A stretch of 64,000 nt of DNA from an uncultured delta proteobacterium. GTDB lineage: Bacteria > Myxococcota_A > Polyangia > Haliangiales > Haliangiaceae. Positions 32,187-41,701 of this stretch are shown in pieces. Under the pieces are notes generated by a model that worked only from the letters and a program-made list of their open reading frames with translations, made no database searches and had not been told where the DNA came from. The stretch is from contig CAVYYE010000009.1 of NCBI GenBank assembly GCA_963772655.1, positions 150,343-214,342 on the forward strand, given 5' to 3'. The number at the start of each line of letters is the position of its first letter. Positions within the stretch are counted from its first letter, which is position 1. A program made the position numbers and the translations under genes.

Positions 32187-33173
32187 CTACTTCGGTCCGG
32201 GCTTGGCCGCGCGCGGGTGGGCCTTGTCGTAGACCTCGGTCAGGTGGTCGAGCGAGACCTTGGTGTAGATCTGGGTGCTCGACAGGCTCGCGTGTCCCAG
32301 CAGGTCCTGGATCGTCCGCAGATCGACGCCCTCGTCGAGCAGGTGGGTCGCGAACGAGTGGCGAAGCCCGTGCGGCGTCGCGCGGTCGTGGATGCCGCCG
32401 GCGATCGTCCAGCGCTGCACCAGACGCTGCACCGACCGCGGGGTCAGCCGTGCCCCGTTCGCGTTGACGAACAGCGGGCCGGTCGTGGCCGCCCCGAGCT
32501 CGGTCCGAGCCGGGAGATACGCGGCGAGCGCGCGATCCGCCGCTCCACCGAGCGGGACCTGCCGCGACTTGCCACCCTTGCCGCGGCGCACGAGCACCAT
32601 CGGCATGCCGCCGGCGGCCGAACCGGCGAACCGCGCGCGATCGATGTCGCCGGTGTCGAGCGCGCACAACTCGGACACGCGGAGGCCCGTGCCGTACAGC
32701 ATCTCGAGCAAGGCGGCATCCCGTAGCCGGAGCAGGTCGTGGCGCGCCTGCTCGGCGGGCGACAGCGTGCGATGCGACGTGCGCCCGGTGGTGCCAGGCG
32801 CCTCGACCAGGCGGAATGCGGCGTCGACGTCGAGGGCGCGAGGCAACCCGCGATGCTTCTTCGGGCCCTTGATCGCGGCGGCCGGGTTGCCGGCGAGCAC
32901 GCCGCGCTTGACCAGGAACCGGCAGAACGCGCGCACGCTCGACAGCTTGCGACCGATCGTGGCCGCACCGTTGTCACCGTGCAGCGCCGCGAGTTGTCCG
33001 CGAACATCGAGGGCGGAGAGGCGCGACAGCGGGACATCGCGACCGCGCTTGTCGGCGAGGAACGTGCGCAACTTGGTGACGTCGCGCAGGTAGACCTCGA
33101 CGGTGCGCGGCGAATAGTTCCGCTCGACGGTGAGGTACTGCGCGAACGCGGTCTGGGCCTGGTCCCAGTCCAT
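32187..33173 (-). CDS. xerC: Tyrosine site-specific recombinase XerC/XerD family (chromosomal, in conserved synteny with hslVU)
   Basis: N-terminal core-binding domain (YLRDVTKL). C-terminal catalytic R..HGLRHSFATHLLDEGVDLRTIQDLLGHASLSSTQIYT (R-H-R-Y). Confidence 0.85.
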   Translation of the reverse strand: MDWDQAQTAFAQYLTVERNYSPRTVEVYLRDVTKLRTFLADKRGRDVPLSRLSALDVRGQLAALHGDNGAATIGRKLSSVRAFCRFLVKRGVLAGNPAAAIKGPKKHRGLPRALDVDAAFRLVEAPGTTGRTSHRTLSPAEQARHDLLRLRDAALLEMLYGTGLRVSELCALDTGDIDRARFAGSAAGGMPMVLVRRGKGGKSRQVPLGGAADRALAAYLPARTELGAATTGPLFVNANGARLTPRSVQRLVQRWTIAGGIHDRATPHGLRHSFATHLLDEGVDLRTIQDLLGHASLSSTQIYTKVSLDHLTEVYDKAHPRAAKPGPK

Positions 33174-33270
33174 CCCCCGACGATCGATCGCGCGGCCGCC
33201 GCGGGCGAGTTTTCAGCGGTACGGCGAGTCGAGCCGGGTGGCGTTGGACTGCACCCAGCTCACGCCCTTC

Positions 33271-33963
33271 TCACAACGCGCCGGCGGGCGGCGTGACGAT
33301 GACTTCCTCGACCGCGATCGCCGGTCGCGACACGATCGAGATCAGGAAGCCGGCGACGTCGTCGGGCTTCATCATCTTGCTGCGATCGAAGCCGGGTCGA
33401 TCGTCCCAGATCGGCGTGTCGGTGGCGCCCGGCAACAGCGCGGTGACGCGGATGTCGTACGGCCGCGCCTCCTCGGCGAGCACGCGCGACAGCCCGAGCT
33501 GACCGGCCTTGGCCGCCGTGTAGCCGCCGCAGTCGGTGAATGCCCGATGCGCGGCGTGCGAGCCGATGATCACGATATGGCCGCGCCGGCGCGGCATCAT
33601 CCGGCGAATCGCCTCGCGCGCGCACAGCATGGTGCCGACGATGTGAACCTCGAGCATCTCGCGCAACGCGTGGACCGACGCGTTGGCGATCGGACCGAAC
33701 GTGCCGACGCCGGCCGACAGCACGACCAGATCGAGCTCGGGGAGCTCGGCGAACCGCGTGCGAACCTGATCCTCGTCGGTGACGTCGAGGTGCGCGGGGA
33801 CCAGCTGGCCGAGGGCCGGGATCGCGGTCGGCCCGGATGGCACGCGGCGACCGCACGCGAACACCGCGGCCCCTTCGGCCGCGATCGCGGTCGCGCAGGC
33901 CGCGCCGATGCCGCTGGTCCCGCCGGTCACGATCGCGAACTTGCCGAGGAGCCGGTTTGCCAC
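33271..33963 (-). CDS. Short-chain dehydrogenase/reductase (SDR)
   Basis: IVTGGTSGIGAA (TGxxxGxG), catalytic Y..K (YTAAKAG), 230 aa. Confidence 0.85.
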   Translation of the reverse strand: MANRLLGKFAIVTGGTSGIGAACATAIAAEGAAVFACGRRVPSGPTAIPALGQLVPAHLDVTDEDQVRTRFAELPELDLVVLSAGVGTFGPIANASVHALREMLEVHIVGTMLCAREAIRRMMPRRRGHIVIIGSHAAHRAFTDCGGYTAAKAGQLGLSRVLAEEARPYDIRVTALLPGATDTPIWDDRPGFDRSKMMKPDDVAGFLISIVSRPAIAVEEVIVTPPAGAL

Positions 33964-33979
33964 GGCTAGACCGTATCAC

Positions 33980-35404
33980 CTACGACGCACGCCGCGCCTC
34001 GATCCCCGCGAGCCACGTCTCGAGATCCGCGCGAGCGCGCTCGGACATTCGCGGCTTCTTGTTGTCCTTTCGCACCCCCGCGAGCGGCGGCAACAGACCG
34101 TAGTTGACGTTGGTCGGTCCGTACTTGTACTTGCCGTCGCGCGGCGTCGTGACGTGCGCGTACAGCGCGCCGAGCATCGTCGTCGGCGGCGGTGGATCGA
34201 GGGTGCGCCCGGCGAGCTCGCCCGCGAGCAGCCACGCGACCACCAGGCCCATCGCGCACGACTCGATGTAGCCCTCGACCCCGGTGAGCAGGCCGGCGAA
34301 CCGGATCTGGGGCCGCGTGCGCAGCTCGAACCGTGTCCCGAGCTTGGCCGGCGCGTCGATGTACGTGTTGCGGTGGATCGATCCGAACCGCAGAAACTCG
34401 GCGTGTGCGAGCGCCGGGATCATCTGGAAGATCCGTTGCTGCTCGGGATAGGCGAGCCGGGTCTGGAACCCGACCAGGTTGTAGGCGGTGAGGTACTTGT
34501 TCTCGGGTCGCAGCTGGACCACCGCCCACGGGCGATGACCGGTGCGCGGATCGCGAAGTCCGATCGGTCGCATCGGCCCGAACCGCAGGGTCTGCGGCCC
34601 GCGCTCGGCCATCACTTCGATCGGCATGCAGCTCTCGAAGTAGCGCGGCTCCTCGAACGCGTGCGGCAGCACCTTGCGACCGCCGACCACCTCCGCGACG
34701 AATGCCTCGTACTGCGCCTTGTCGAGCGGGCAGTTGACGTAGTCGCCCACGCCGGTGTCGCCGCCGGCGGCGCGATGCTTCTTGTCGGCACCGTACGGAT
34801 CGGCGTCCTCTCGCCCCGAGGGCACTGGCTCGCCTGGCAGCTCGCTGGCGTCCCTGCCCCACCGCGATGCGCGAAACGCGTGGTCCCAGTCGATCGAATC
34901 GGCGGCCACGATCGGCGCGATCGCGTCGTAGAAGTACATCCGGTCGCCGCCGAGCTCGGCGCGGATCACCTCGCCGAGGCGTCCCTCGGTCAACGGCCCC
35001 GTCGCCACGATCACCGGCCCGTCCGGCAGGTCATCGAGTCGGCGCCGCTCGATCCGGATCCGCGGGTGCAGCGCGAGCCGCTGGGTGATCGCGCGGGCGA
35101 ACCCGAACCGCTCGACCGCGAGCGCCTGCCCCGCCGGCACGCGATGCCGATCGGCGCACGCGATCACCAGCGAGTTGCAGCGCCGGAGCTCGTGCTTGAG
35201 CAGGCCGGCCGGTGCTACCGGGTCGTCGCTGCGCAGCGAGTTGCTGCACACCAGCTCGCCGAGCAGCGGTGTCTGGTGCGCCGGCGACATCGCGCACGGC
35301 TTCATCTCGACCAGCGACACCTCGAGGCCGGCCTCGGCGAGCTGCCACGCCGCTTCGCTGCCGGCCATACCGCCGCCGACCACGGTGACGCGCTGCGAGG
35401 TCAA
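33980..35404 (-). CDS. trmFO: Methylenetetrahydrofolate--tRNA-(uracil54-C5)-methyltransferase TrmFO (Gid)
   Basis: VTVVGGGMAGSEAAWQLAEAG FAD motif, ...RFAGLLTGVEGYIES. Probable TTG start at 35404 overlapping the stop of the upstream small gene (TTGA). The N-terminal ORF extension is spurious. Confidence 0.9.
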   Translation of the reverse strand: MTSQRVTVVGGGMAGSEAAWQLAEAGLEVSLVEMKPCAMSPAHQTPLLGELVCSNSLRSDDPVAPAGLLKHELRRCNSLVIACADRHRVPAGQALAVERFGFARAITQRLALHPRIRIERRRLDDLPDGPVIVATGPLTEGRLGEVIRAELGGDRMYFYDAIAPIVAADSIDWDHAFRASRWGRDASELPGEPVPSGREDADPYGADKKHRAAGGDTGVGDYVNCPLDKAQYEAFVAEVVGGRKVLPHAFEEPRYFESCMPIEVMAERGPQTLRFGPMRPIGLRDPRTGHRPWAVVQLRPENKYLTAYNLVGFQTRLAYPEQQRIFQMIPALAHAEFLRFGSIHRNTYIDAPAKLGTRFELRTRPQIRFAGLLTGVEGYIESCAMGLVVAWLLAGELAGRTLDPPPPTTMLGALYAHVTTPRDGKYKYGPTNVNYGLLPPLAGVRKDNKKPRMSERARADLETWLAGIEARRAS

Positions 35405-35700
35405 TCCCCGCGCCTCGGCACGACGCGCGCCGCGGGAATCGGATCGCGCGCCCCGGCGTCCCAGGCATCGCGATCGATCATCGGGCCCTTGTCCTGGCGC
35501 CGGAACTCGGCACCGCAGCTGATGCAGTGGAACTTGATCGCGCCCGACTCCCGATCGACGCCGGCGAAGTCCTCGCGCACGTCGAGCTCGACCGTCGGTT
35601 GCCGGCAGCGCGGACACCGCACGCGCGCGATCACCATCACCACGAGCATGATCGCTCCGGCGCCGACGAGCGCGAACAAGGTCAAGAGCTCGAACACCAT
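35401..35700 (-). CDS. Small membrane-anchored zinc-ribbon protein (99 aa), paralog 1
   Basis: N-terminal TM helix (LLTLFALVGAGAIMLVVMVIA), then CPRC...CISCGAEFRR zinc ribbon. Translationally coupled to trmFO. Confidence 0.55.
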   Translation of the reverse strand: MVFELLTLFALVGAGAIMLVVMVIARVRCPRCRQPTVELDVREDFAGVDRESGAIKFHCISCGAEFRRQDKGPMIDRDAWDAGARDPIPAARVVPRRGD

Positions 35701-35724
35701 CGCCCTGCGCCCATCATAGCGGGG

Positions 35725-36030
35725 TCAGTCCCGCCGCACGAGCCTCGCCTCGGGCAGCGATGCCCGCGCGCGCATCCGCTCCCACTCGTCGAGCGCGAAC
35801 ACCTGGCCGAGACCGATCCGCCGGAACTCGCCCTCGCACGACGCGCAGCGCAACTTCTTGGCTCCGGTGTCGTGATCGATCCCCAGGCCGCGGCGGACAT
35901 CCGGTACGAGTTCCGGCTCGCCGCACCCCGGGCAACGCGGACGGACGATCTTGAACGTGATCGCACCGACGGCATAGGCGATGAACAAGAACGCCGGAAA
36001 GAACACCGCCTGGCCGATCGAGACGCCCAC
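35725..36030 (-). CDS. Small membrane-anchored zinc-ribbon protein, paralog 2
   Basis: Same architecture: TM (VFFPAFLFIAYAVGAITF), CPGC...CASCEGEFRR. Probable GTG start at 36030 just after the topA stop. The upstream part of the listed ORF overlaps topA and is rejected. Confidence 0.5.
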   Translation of the reverse strand: MGVSIGQAVFFPAFLFIAYAVGAITFKIVRPRCPGCGEPELVPDVRRGLGIDHDTGAKKLRCASCEGEFRRIGLGQVFALDEWERMRARASLPEARLVRRD

Positions 36031-36062
36031 CCGATCAGCGTACCGGGTCAGCCGCGATCGAG

Positions 36063-38699
36063 CTACGCCGCGCTTTCCTCGGACTCGTCGACGCCCTGCT
36101 TCCAGTCGCACTCGAGGCAGCGCAGCGTCACGCCGCTCTTGTTCTCCTTCTTGACCACGAACTTGGCGCCGCAGTCGGGGCACGGCTGAGGGACCGGGCG
36201 ATCCCACGCCACGAAGTCACACTGCTTCTTCGCCCAGTTGGAGCACCCGTAGAACGGCTTGCCGCGCCGCGACCGCTTCTCGGCGATGTACCCGCCGCAG
36301 CCGGGCCGCGGGCACTTGACGCCGAGCGAGATCGCCTTGGTGGTCTTGCAGTCCGGGTAGCGCGTGCAGGCGAGGAAGCTGCCGAACCGGCCGCGCTTGA
36401 TCGTCATCGGCGCACCGCAGGTCTCGCAGATCTCGTTGGTGGTCGGTGGCGGCACCTTCTCCCACGTGCCGTCGAGGTTCTTCACGACCTCCATCGTGTT
36501 GCGGCACTCGGGGTAGCCCTGACACGCGAGGAAGCTGCCGTTGCGGCCCCACTTGATCACCATCGGCTTGCCGCACTTCTCGCACGTCCACTCGGTGGGA
36601 ATCTCCTCGCGCTTGACGTCGCGCATCTCGGTGCGCGCCTTCTCGAGCTCGTCCTTGAAGGGAGCGTAGAACCCACCGAGGAGCTCGCGCCAGTTGCGCT
36701 GACCTTCCTCGACCTTGTCGAGGTCACCCTCCATCTTGGCGGTGAACTCGCTCGACACGATCTCGGGGAAGCTCTCGACGAGCAACCCGTTGACCAGGAT
36801 GCCGAGCTCGGTCGGCCGGAACCGCGCGCTCTCCTTCTCGACGTAACCGCGGTCGACGATCGTCGACATGATCGACGCGTAGGTCGACGGCCGGCCGATG
36901 CCACGCTCCTCGAGCTCCTTGACCAGCGAGGCCTCGGAGAACCGCGGGGGCGGCTGGGTGAAGTGCTGTTCGGGCCGGATCGAATCGAGCGTGATCGCGT
37001 CGCCGACCTCGAGGGGCGGCAGCAGGCGATCGGCGCTCTCGGCGGCCTCGGCCTTGGCGTCGTCGGTCTCCGACACCTCGTAGACCTTGGTGTAGCCGGC
37101 GAACTTCATGACCTGACCGGTCGCGCGAAGCCGCGCCTCGCCGCGCTCGATATCGATCGTGGTCGCGTCGTACACGGCGGGCACCATCTGCGACGCCACG
37201 AACCGCTGCCAGATCAGCGTGTACAGCTTGACCAGCTCGGGGCCCTCGGGGTGACCGGCGAGTGCCGCCGCGACGCGTTCGGGGGTGAGCTCGACCTGGG
37301 TCGGCCGGATCGCCTCGTGGGCGTCCTGCGCGCGCTCCTTGTTGCCGTACGTGTTGGGCTTCTCGGGCAGGTACTCGGCGCCGTACGTGCTGACGACGAG
37401 CTCGCGTACCGCCGTCATCGCGTCGTCGGAGATCCGCGTCGAGTCGGTACGCATGTACGTGATGAGGCCGGTCGGGCCGTCCTCGCCGATGTCGACGCCT
37501 TCGTACAGGCGCTGCGCGAGCGCCATCGTGCGCTTCGCGGAGAACCGCAGCTTGCGCGCGGCGTCCTGCTGCAGACGCGACGTGATGAACGGCGCCTGCG
37601 GCTTCTTGCGCCGTTCCTTGCGCTCGACCGACGCCACCTGCGCCGCGCCTGCCGCGAGCTCGGTCGCGATCTCGTCGGCCTGCTCCTTGGTCTTGGGCTC
37701 GGCCTTCTCGCCCTTCCAGCGAAAGATCCGCGACTCGAACGGCGGCGGCGTCCCCGGCTTGCTGCACGTGACGTCGACCGACCAGTACTCCTCGGGCTTG
37801 AACGCGTTGATCTCTTCCTCGCGCTCGCACACCAGCCGCACCGCGACGCTCTGCACGCGACCCGCCGACAACCCGCGCTGGACCTTGTTCCACAAGATCG
37901 GGCTGATCTCGTAGCCGACCAGGCGATCGAGGATCCGACGCGTCTGCTGCGCGTTGGTCTTGTCCATGTCGATCTCGCGCGGGCTCTCGATCGCCTGGGT
38001 GACCCCCTTCTTCGTGATCTCGTTGATCAGGATGCGGCGGAGGTTCTTGTTCTCGCCGCGGATCTCCTCGGCGATGTGCCACGCGATCGCCTCGCCCTCG
38101 CGATCGGGGTCGGAGGCGAGGTACACGGTCTCGTTCTCGCGCGCGGCCTTGCGGATCTCCGCGACCACGCGCTTCTTGCCCTCGATGATCTCGTACGTGG
38201 GCTCGAACTGATTCTCGAAGTCGACGCCGATCTTCGACTTCGGCAGGTCGCGCACGTGACCCACGGACGCCTTCACGACGTAGTTGGGGCCGAGGTACTT
38301 GCCGATGGTCTTGGCCTTGGCGGGTGACTCGACGACCACCAGCGCGGAGCCCGGCTTGACCTTCTTGGGCTTCTTCTTCTTCTCCGCGGCCTCCATGGCC
38401 TCGGCTTCGAGGTCGTCCTGCTTGGCCTTCTGGCGGCGGAGCTGTGCCCTGGTCAGCTTCTTCGGAGCCTTGGCCTTGCCCTTGGCGGCGCTGCCCTTGG
38501 TGACCGGTGCTTGCTCGTCGGCGTTGACGGGCTTGGCGCCCTTCTTGGCGCCGGTCTCCTTGGGGCTCGACTTCGTGGCCTTCGCGGTCTTCTTGCTCGC
38601 CGGCTTCTTCGCCGACTTGCTCGTCGAGGTCTTCGACTTCGACTTCGACGAAGTCGCCTTCTTCTTCGTGGTCTTCGTCTTGTCGTCGGTTTTGCTCAC
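36063..38699 (-). CDS. topA: DNA topoisomerase I with an about 120-aa Lys/Ala/Ser-rich N-terminal extension and four C-terminal C4 zinc ribbons
   Basis: Toprim (ALVVVESPAKAKTIGKYLG), the active-site Tyr region, and four CxxC...CxxC ribbons at the C-terminus. The N-terminal MSKTDDKTKTTKKKATSSKSKSK... tail is histone-H1-like. Confidence 0.95.
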   Translation of the reverse strand: MSKTDDKTKTTKKKATSSKSKSKTSTSKSAKKPASKKTAKATKSSPKETGAKKGAKPVNADEQAPVTKGSAAKGKAKAPKKLTRAQLRRQKAKQDDLEAEAMEAAEKKKKPKKVKPGSALVVVESPAKAKTIGKYLGPNYVVKASVGHVRDLPKSKIGVDFENQFEPTYEIIEGKKRVVAEIRKAARENETVYLASDPDREGEAIAWHIAEEIRGENKNLRRILINEITKKGVTQAIESPREIDMDKTNAQQTRRILDRLVGYEISPILWNKVQRGLSAGRVQSVAVRLVCEREEEINAFKPEEYWSVDVTCSKPGTPPPFESRIFRWKGEKAEPKTKEQADEIATELAAGAAQVASVERKERRKKPQAPFITSRLQQDAARKLRFSAKRTMALAQRLYEGVDIGEDGPTGLITYMRTDSTRISDDAMTAVRELVVSTYGAEYLPEKPNTYGNKERAQDAHEAIRPTQVELTPERVAAALAGHPEGPELVKLYTLIWQRFVASQMVPAVYDATTIDIERGEARLRATGQVMKFAGYTKVYEVSETDDAKAEAAESADRLLPPLEVGDAITLDSIRPEQHFTQPPPRFSEASLVKELEERGIGRPSTYASIMSTIVDRGYVEKESARFRPTELGILVNGLLVESFPEIVSSEFTAKMEGDLDKVEEGQRNWRELLGGFYAPFKDELEKARTEMRDVKREEIPTEWTCEKCGKPMVIKWGRNGSFLACQGYPECRNTMEVVKNLDGTWEKVPPPTTNEICETCGAPMTIKRGRFGSFLACTRYPDCKTTKAISLGVKCPRPGCGGYIAEKRSRRGKPFYGCSNWAKKQCDFVAWDRPVPQPCPDCGAKFVVKKENKSGVTLRCLECDWKQGVDESEESAA

Positions 38700-39508
38700 T
38701 GCCTACCTCTCGCGAGTGCGCGGATCACCTCGCGCACCGACAACTTCGTTGTGTTGACGATCTCGTCCACCCCTCGTGCCCCCTCCGCGATCGCGCGTTG
38801 CACGCGCTGCGTGATCGGATCCAGCGCCGGCGGTTCGAACCGGCGCGGTCGACCGTCGAGGATCGCGTCGACATCGGTGATGCCTTCGACGACGGACGCC
38901 CCGGTCGCGAGCAAACGGCTACAGCCGCGACTGCCCGGCCACGCGGCGACGATCCGCCCCATCTCCGCGGCCGCCCGCGCGGTCGACAGCGATCCGCTCC
39001 GCAGATCGGCCTCGACCACGATCACCGCGTCCGCCAGCGCCGCGATCAGCGGGTTGCGCTGTACGAACGTCGACCGCCGCGGCGGCATGCCATCGGGCCA
39101 CATGCTGACCAGCACGCCACCACGCTTCACGACCTCGGCGAACAGAGGTGCGTGACGAGATGGATACGCGACGTCGACACCGCTCCCGAGCACCACCGTG
39201 GTGGGACCACCGCCCGCGAGCGCACCGCGATGTGCGGCACCATCGACCCCGAGCGCGCCACCCGACACCACGCGCACGCCGCGACCGGCCAGGTGCTTCG
39301 CGATCGTGTGGGCGCGATCCATGGCATTGCGCGAGGCCGCGCGGGCTCCGACGATCGCGATCGCCGGGCCATCCATCGCGAGCGGGCCGCGCACGTACAC
39401 CGGTCGCTTCCACCCGATCGCCCGAAGGCGGACCGGGAAGCAATCCCAAGAAAGCTGCACCGTGCTCACAAGGGGAATGCAATTAGCTACCTGGCGCTGG
39501 TCCGTCAA
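38696..39508 (-). CDS. dprA: DNA processing protein DprA (Smf)
   Basis: Rossmann-like DprA core AIVGARAASRNAMDRAHTIAKHLAGRGVRVVSGGALGVDGAAH...FVQRNPLIAAL. 4-nt overlap with the topA start. The true start may be the internal ATG at 39376. Confidence 0.85.
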   Translation of the reverse strand: MTDQRQVANCIPLVSTVQLSWDCFPVRLRAIGWKRPVYVRGPLAMDGPAIAIVGARAASRNAMDRAHTIAKHLAGRGVRVVSGGALGVDGAAHRGALAGGGPTTVVLGSGVDVAYPSRHAPLFAEVVKRGGVLVSMWPDGMPPRRSTFVQRNPLIAALADAVIVVEADLRSGSLSTARAAAEMGRIVAAWPGSRGCSRLLATGASVVEGITDVDAILDGRPRRFEPPALDPITQRVQRAIAEGARGVDEIVNTTKLSVREVIRALARGRQ

Positions 39509-39620
39509 GTGCGTGTGACACGCACCGAATAATTACAGCCAGTTGCAGATGGGAGATCGGCCCCATCTTAGAGCTTGCTCTTTATATAAGGTGCGTGCTG
39601 GCGAGGTCGGGAGCGGTGCC

Positions 39621-40841
39621 CTACCGCGCCTTCTGCATCATCACGAGGTCGCCCACGCTCATCTCCTGGACCGCCAGCGTGACCACGCCGACCGAGATGT
39701 TCTGACCGACATCGACGATCACGATCTCGCCCAGCGCGCGTGCCGGGAACCGGCGATCGTCGGCGCCGACGTTGCCGCTCATCGTGCCGGGATAGGCGTC
39801 GCCCCGGCGCACCACGTACATCCGGTTGCCGGGAACGAGTCCGGTGTTCTTGCCCAGCGCCACGAACACGACCTCGCCGCGGTCGCCGATCAGCTGATCC
39901 TTCGTCAGCATCGCGACGATCGTCCCCTGCAGGTCGACCTTGGGCGGCACCGGCGGCACGTTGCGGAACTTGGTGATCAGCGGACCGACCTTGGCGCCGC
40001 GCTCGATCTCCATGTTGGCCTGGAGGATCCGTCCGCGCGCGCGCTTGTCGCGCTTGACGCTCACCACCTCGAGCGAACCGAGCAACCGCACGTACGAGCC
40101 GTAGCCCTTCACCGGGCGGTCGGGGAGATAGACCGAGTAGGTCTTGCCGACCTGCGGCGGCTTGCCCGTGTAGCTGAGGTAGACCTCGTCGCCGGGACCG
40201 AGCAGCATCTTCTCCTCGACGGAGCCGTCGATCGTGATCGACTTGTCGAGGTCGGACTTCTCGACGAACGCGGTCGACGTCACCGACGATTCGATGTGGT
40301 GCTGGGGCGGCGGCACGACGTCCGGCGGAGTACCGCCATCGCCATCGGGCGGCGGCTCGGTCTGGTTGCCGACGTTGAACGTGCCGCGCGGCAACAGGCG
40401 CACCAGGTCGCCGGGATAGATCCAGTGCGGGTTGGTGACCTGCGGGTTGTACGACCAGATCTTCGGCCACTGCCACGGATCGCTGAAGTAGTACCAGCAG
40501 ATGTCCCACAACGTGTCACCGCTACGAACCACGTGGAGCTCGGGGGTGGGTCCCGAGTGCACGACGGTCGGCTCCCGGTACGGGTTGCCGTCGTTGTTGA
40601 CGAAGTAGCCGTGCGGTTCCTCGGCGGGCTCGGTCGTCGTGACCTTGCCGTCGGGACCGACGACGATCACCGGTGCGCGCTGCGGCTTGGGAGCCGGCGG
40701 CGGCGCCTTCTTCGGAATCTGGGTGCCCGACGCACCGGGGTTGAGGGTGACGGGCACGTCACCGGTCGTCGGCACCTGCGCGTTGGCGGCCGCCGGCACC
40801 AGCAACACCCACAGTCCATACCGGATCGCGCAGTGTTTCAC
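39621..40841 (-). CDS. Secreted LysM-domain protein (about 406 aa)
   Basis: GTG start at 40841 (GTGA overlap with the cpoB stop) with GGAGAC SD. Signal peptide MKHCAIRYGLWVLLVPAAANA, Pro-rich region, LysM (HVVRSGDTLWDICWYYFSDPWQWPKIW...GDLVRL). The N-terminal 270 aa of the listed ORF overlap cpoB out of frame and are rejected. Confidence 0.75.
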   Translation of the reverse strand: MKHCAIRYGLWVLLVPAAANAQVPTTGDVPVTLNPGASGTQIPKKAPPPAPKPQRAPVIVVGPDGKVTTTEPAEEPHGYFVNNDGNPYREPTVVHSGPTPELHVVRSGDTLWDICWYYFSDPWQWPKIWSYNPQVTNPHWIYPGDLVRLLPRGTFNVGNQTEPPPDGDGGTPPDVVPPPQHHIESSVTSTAFVEKSDLDKSITIDGSVEEKMLLGPGDEVYLSYTGKPPQVGKTYSVYLPDRPVKGYGSYVRLLGSLEVVSVKRDKRARGRILQANMEIERGAKVGPLITKFRNVPPVPPKVDLQGTIVAMLTKDQLIGDRGEVVFVALGKNTGLVPGNRMYVVRRGDAYPGTMSGNVGADDRRFPARALGEIVIVDVGQNISVGVVTLAVQEMSVGDLVMMQKAR

Positions 40842-41701
40842 GGAGTCTCCAGTCGCTTCGAGGCCAACGCAGCAGGTTGGCTCTTGGGATAGAGGGTGAC
40901 GACCTGTTCGAGCACGGCCTTCGCCTTGTCGGTCTTTCCGAGCGCCAGGTAGCAGTATCCCACCTTGAGTAGCGCGTCGGGGACCTTGTTTCCGCGCGGG
41001 TAGGTCTCGATCACCGCACGAAACTCGGTGAGCGCCTGTTTGAAGTTCTTGTGCTTGTAGAACGCCTCGCCGAGCCAGTACTGCGCGTTGTCGGCGTAGT
41101 CGTGGTGCGGGTGGCGCGACACGAACGTGCGGAGCGCGGCGATCGCGTGCTCGAGATCGGAGTTGCGCACGAGATCGACGGCCGCACGATACTCGGTGGC
41201 AGCATCGCCATCTCGATCGGGGGCTCGCTCGCGCGTCGGCATCCGCGACTGCCGCGCGTAGGTGCGTCGCTCGGAGCGATCGGCGCGGGCGCGACGCGGT
41301 GCCGGCGTCGGGAGCATCGACTCGGGCATCCCGCTCTTGCCCGCGGCGGCGTCGCCCTCGTACACGATCTCGACGCCGTCGTCGGTCACGCCGACGACGC
41401 GCGGTGCGGTCGGCGATGGTGCCGGTGCGGGCGGAGGCGTTTTGGGCATCGCGACCTCGACCGGCAACGGCGGTGCGTCGTCGTAGGTCGCCGCGACCAG
41501 CTTCTCGCGCGCGTGATCGAGCTGGCGTTGCAGGTCGCGGATCCGCCGCTCCTGTGCACGTCGCTCGGTGCGCAGGTCGGACACCGACTGCGTCAGCCGC
41601 TGGTTGTCGCTGCGCAGTGCGGAGATCTGCGACGCGCAGCCGGTGCCCAGCGCGGCACACAGCGCGATCCCGATCGCCGAGAGAGCTCGATGTTGTTTCA
41701 C
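40838..41701 (-). CDS. cpoB: Tol-Pal system protein CpoB/YbgF-like (lipoprotein, coiled coil plus C-terminal TPR)
   Basis: MKQHRALSAIGIALCAALGTGCAS lipobox. Coiled-coil LRTERRAQERRIRDLQRQLDHAREKL. C-terminal TPR (AQYWLGEAFYKHKNFKQALTEFRAVIETYPRGNKVPDALLKVGYCYLALGK). Confidence 0.8.
   Translation of the reverse strand: MKQHRALSAIGIALCAALGTGCASQISALRSDNQRLTQSVSDLRTERRAQERRIRDLQRQLDHAREKLVAATYDDAPPLPVEVAMPKTPPPAPAPSPTAPRVVGVTDDGVEIVYEGDAAAGKSGMPESMLPTPAPRRARADRSERRTYARQSRMPTRERAPDRDGDAATEYRAAVDLVRNSDLEHAIAALRTFVSRHPHHDYADNAQYWLGEAFYKHKNFKQALTEFRAVIETYPRGNKVPDALLKVGYCYLALGKTDKAKAVLEQVVTLYPKSQPAALASKRLETP

Noticed and set aside
32187-33173. xerC as a prophage / integrative-element integrase marking a mobile element
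   Set aside because: No flanking tRNA, direct repeats or phage genes. It sits in the conserved chromosomal trmFO-xerC-hslVU synteny, so it is a housekeeping dimer-resolution recombinase.
39621-41660. Full 679-aa ORF as tabulated (LysM protein)
   Set aside because: The N-terminal 273 aa overlap cpoB in another frame. The real start is the GTG at 40841, with SD and signal peptide.
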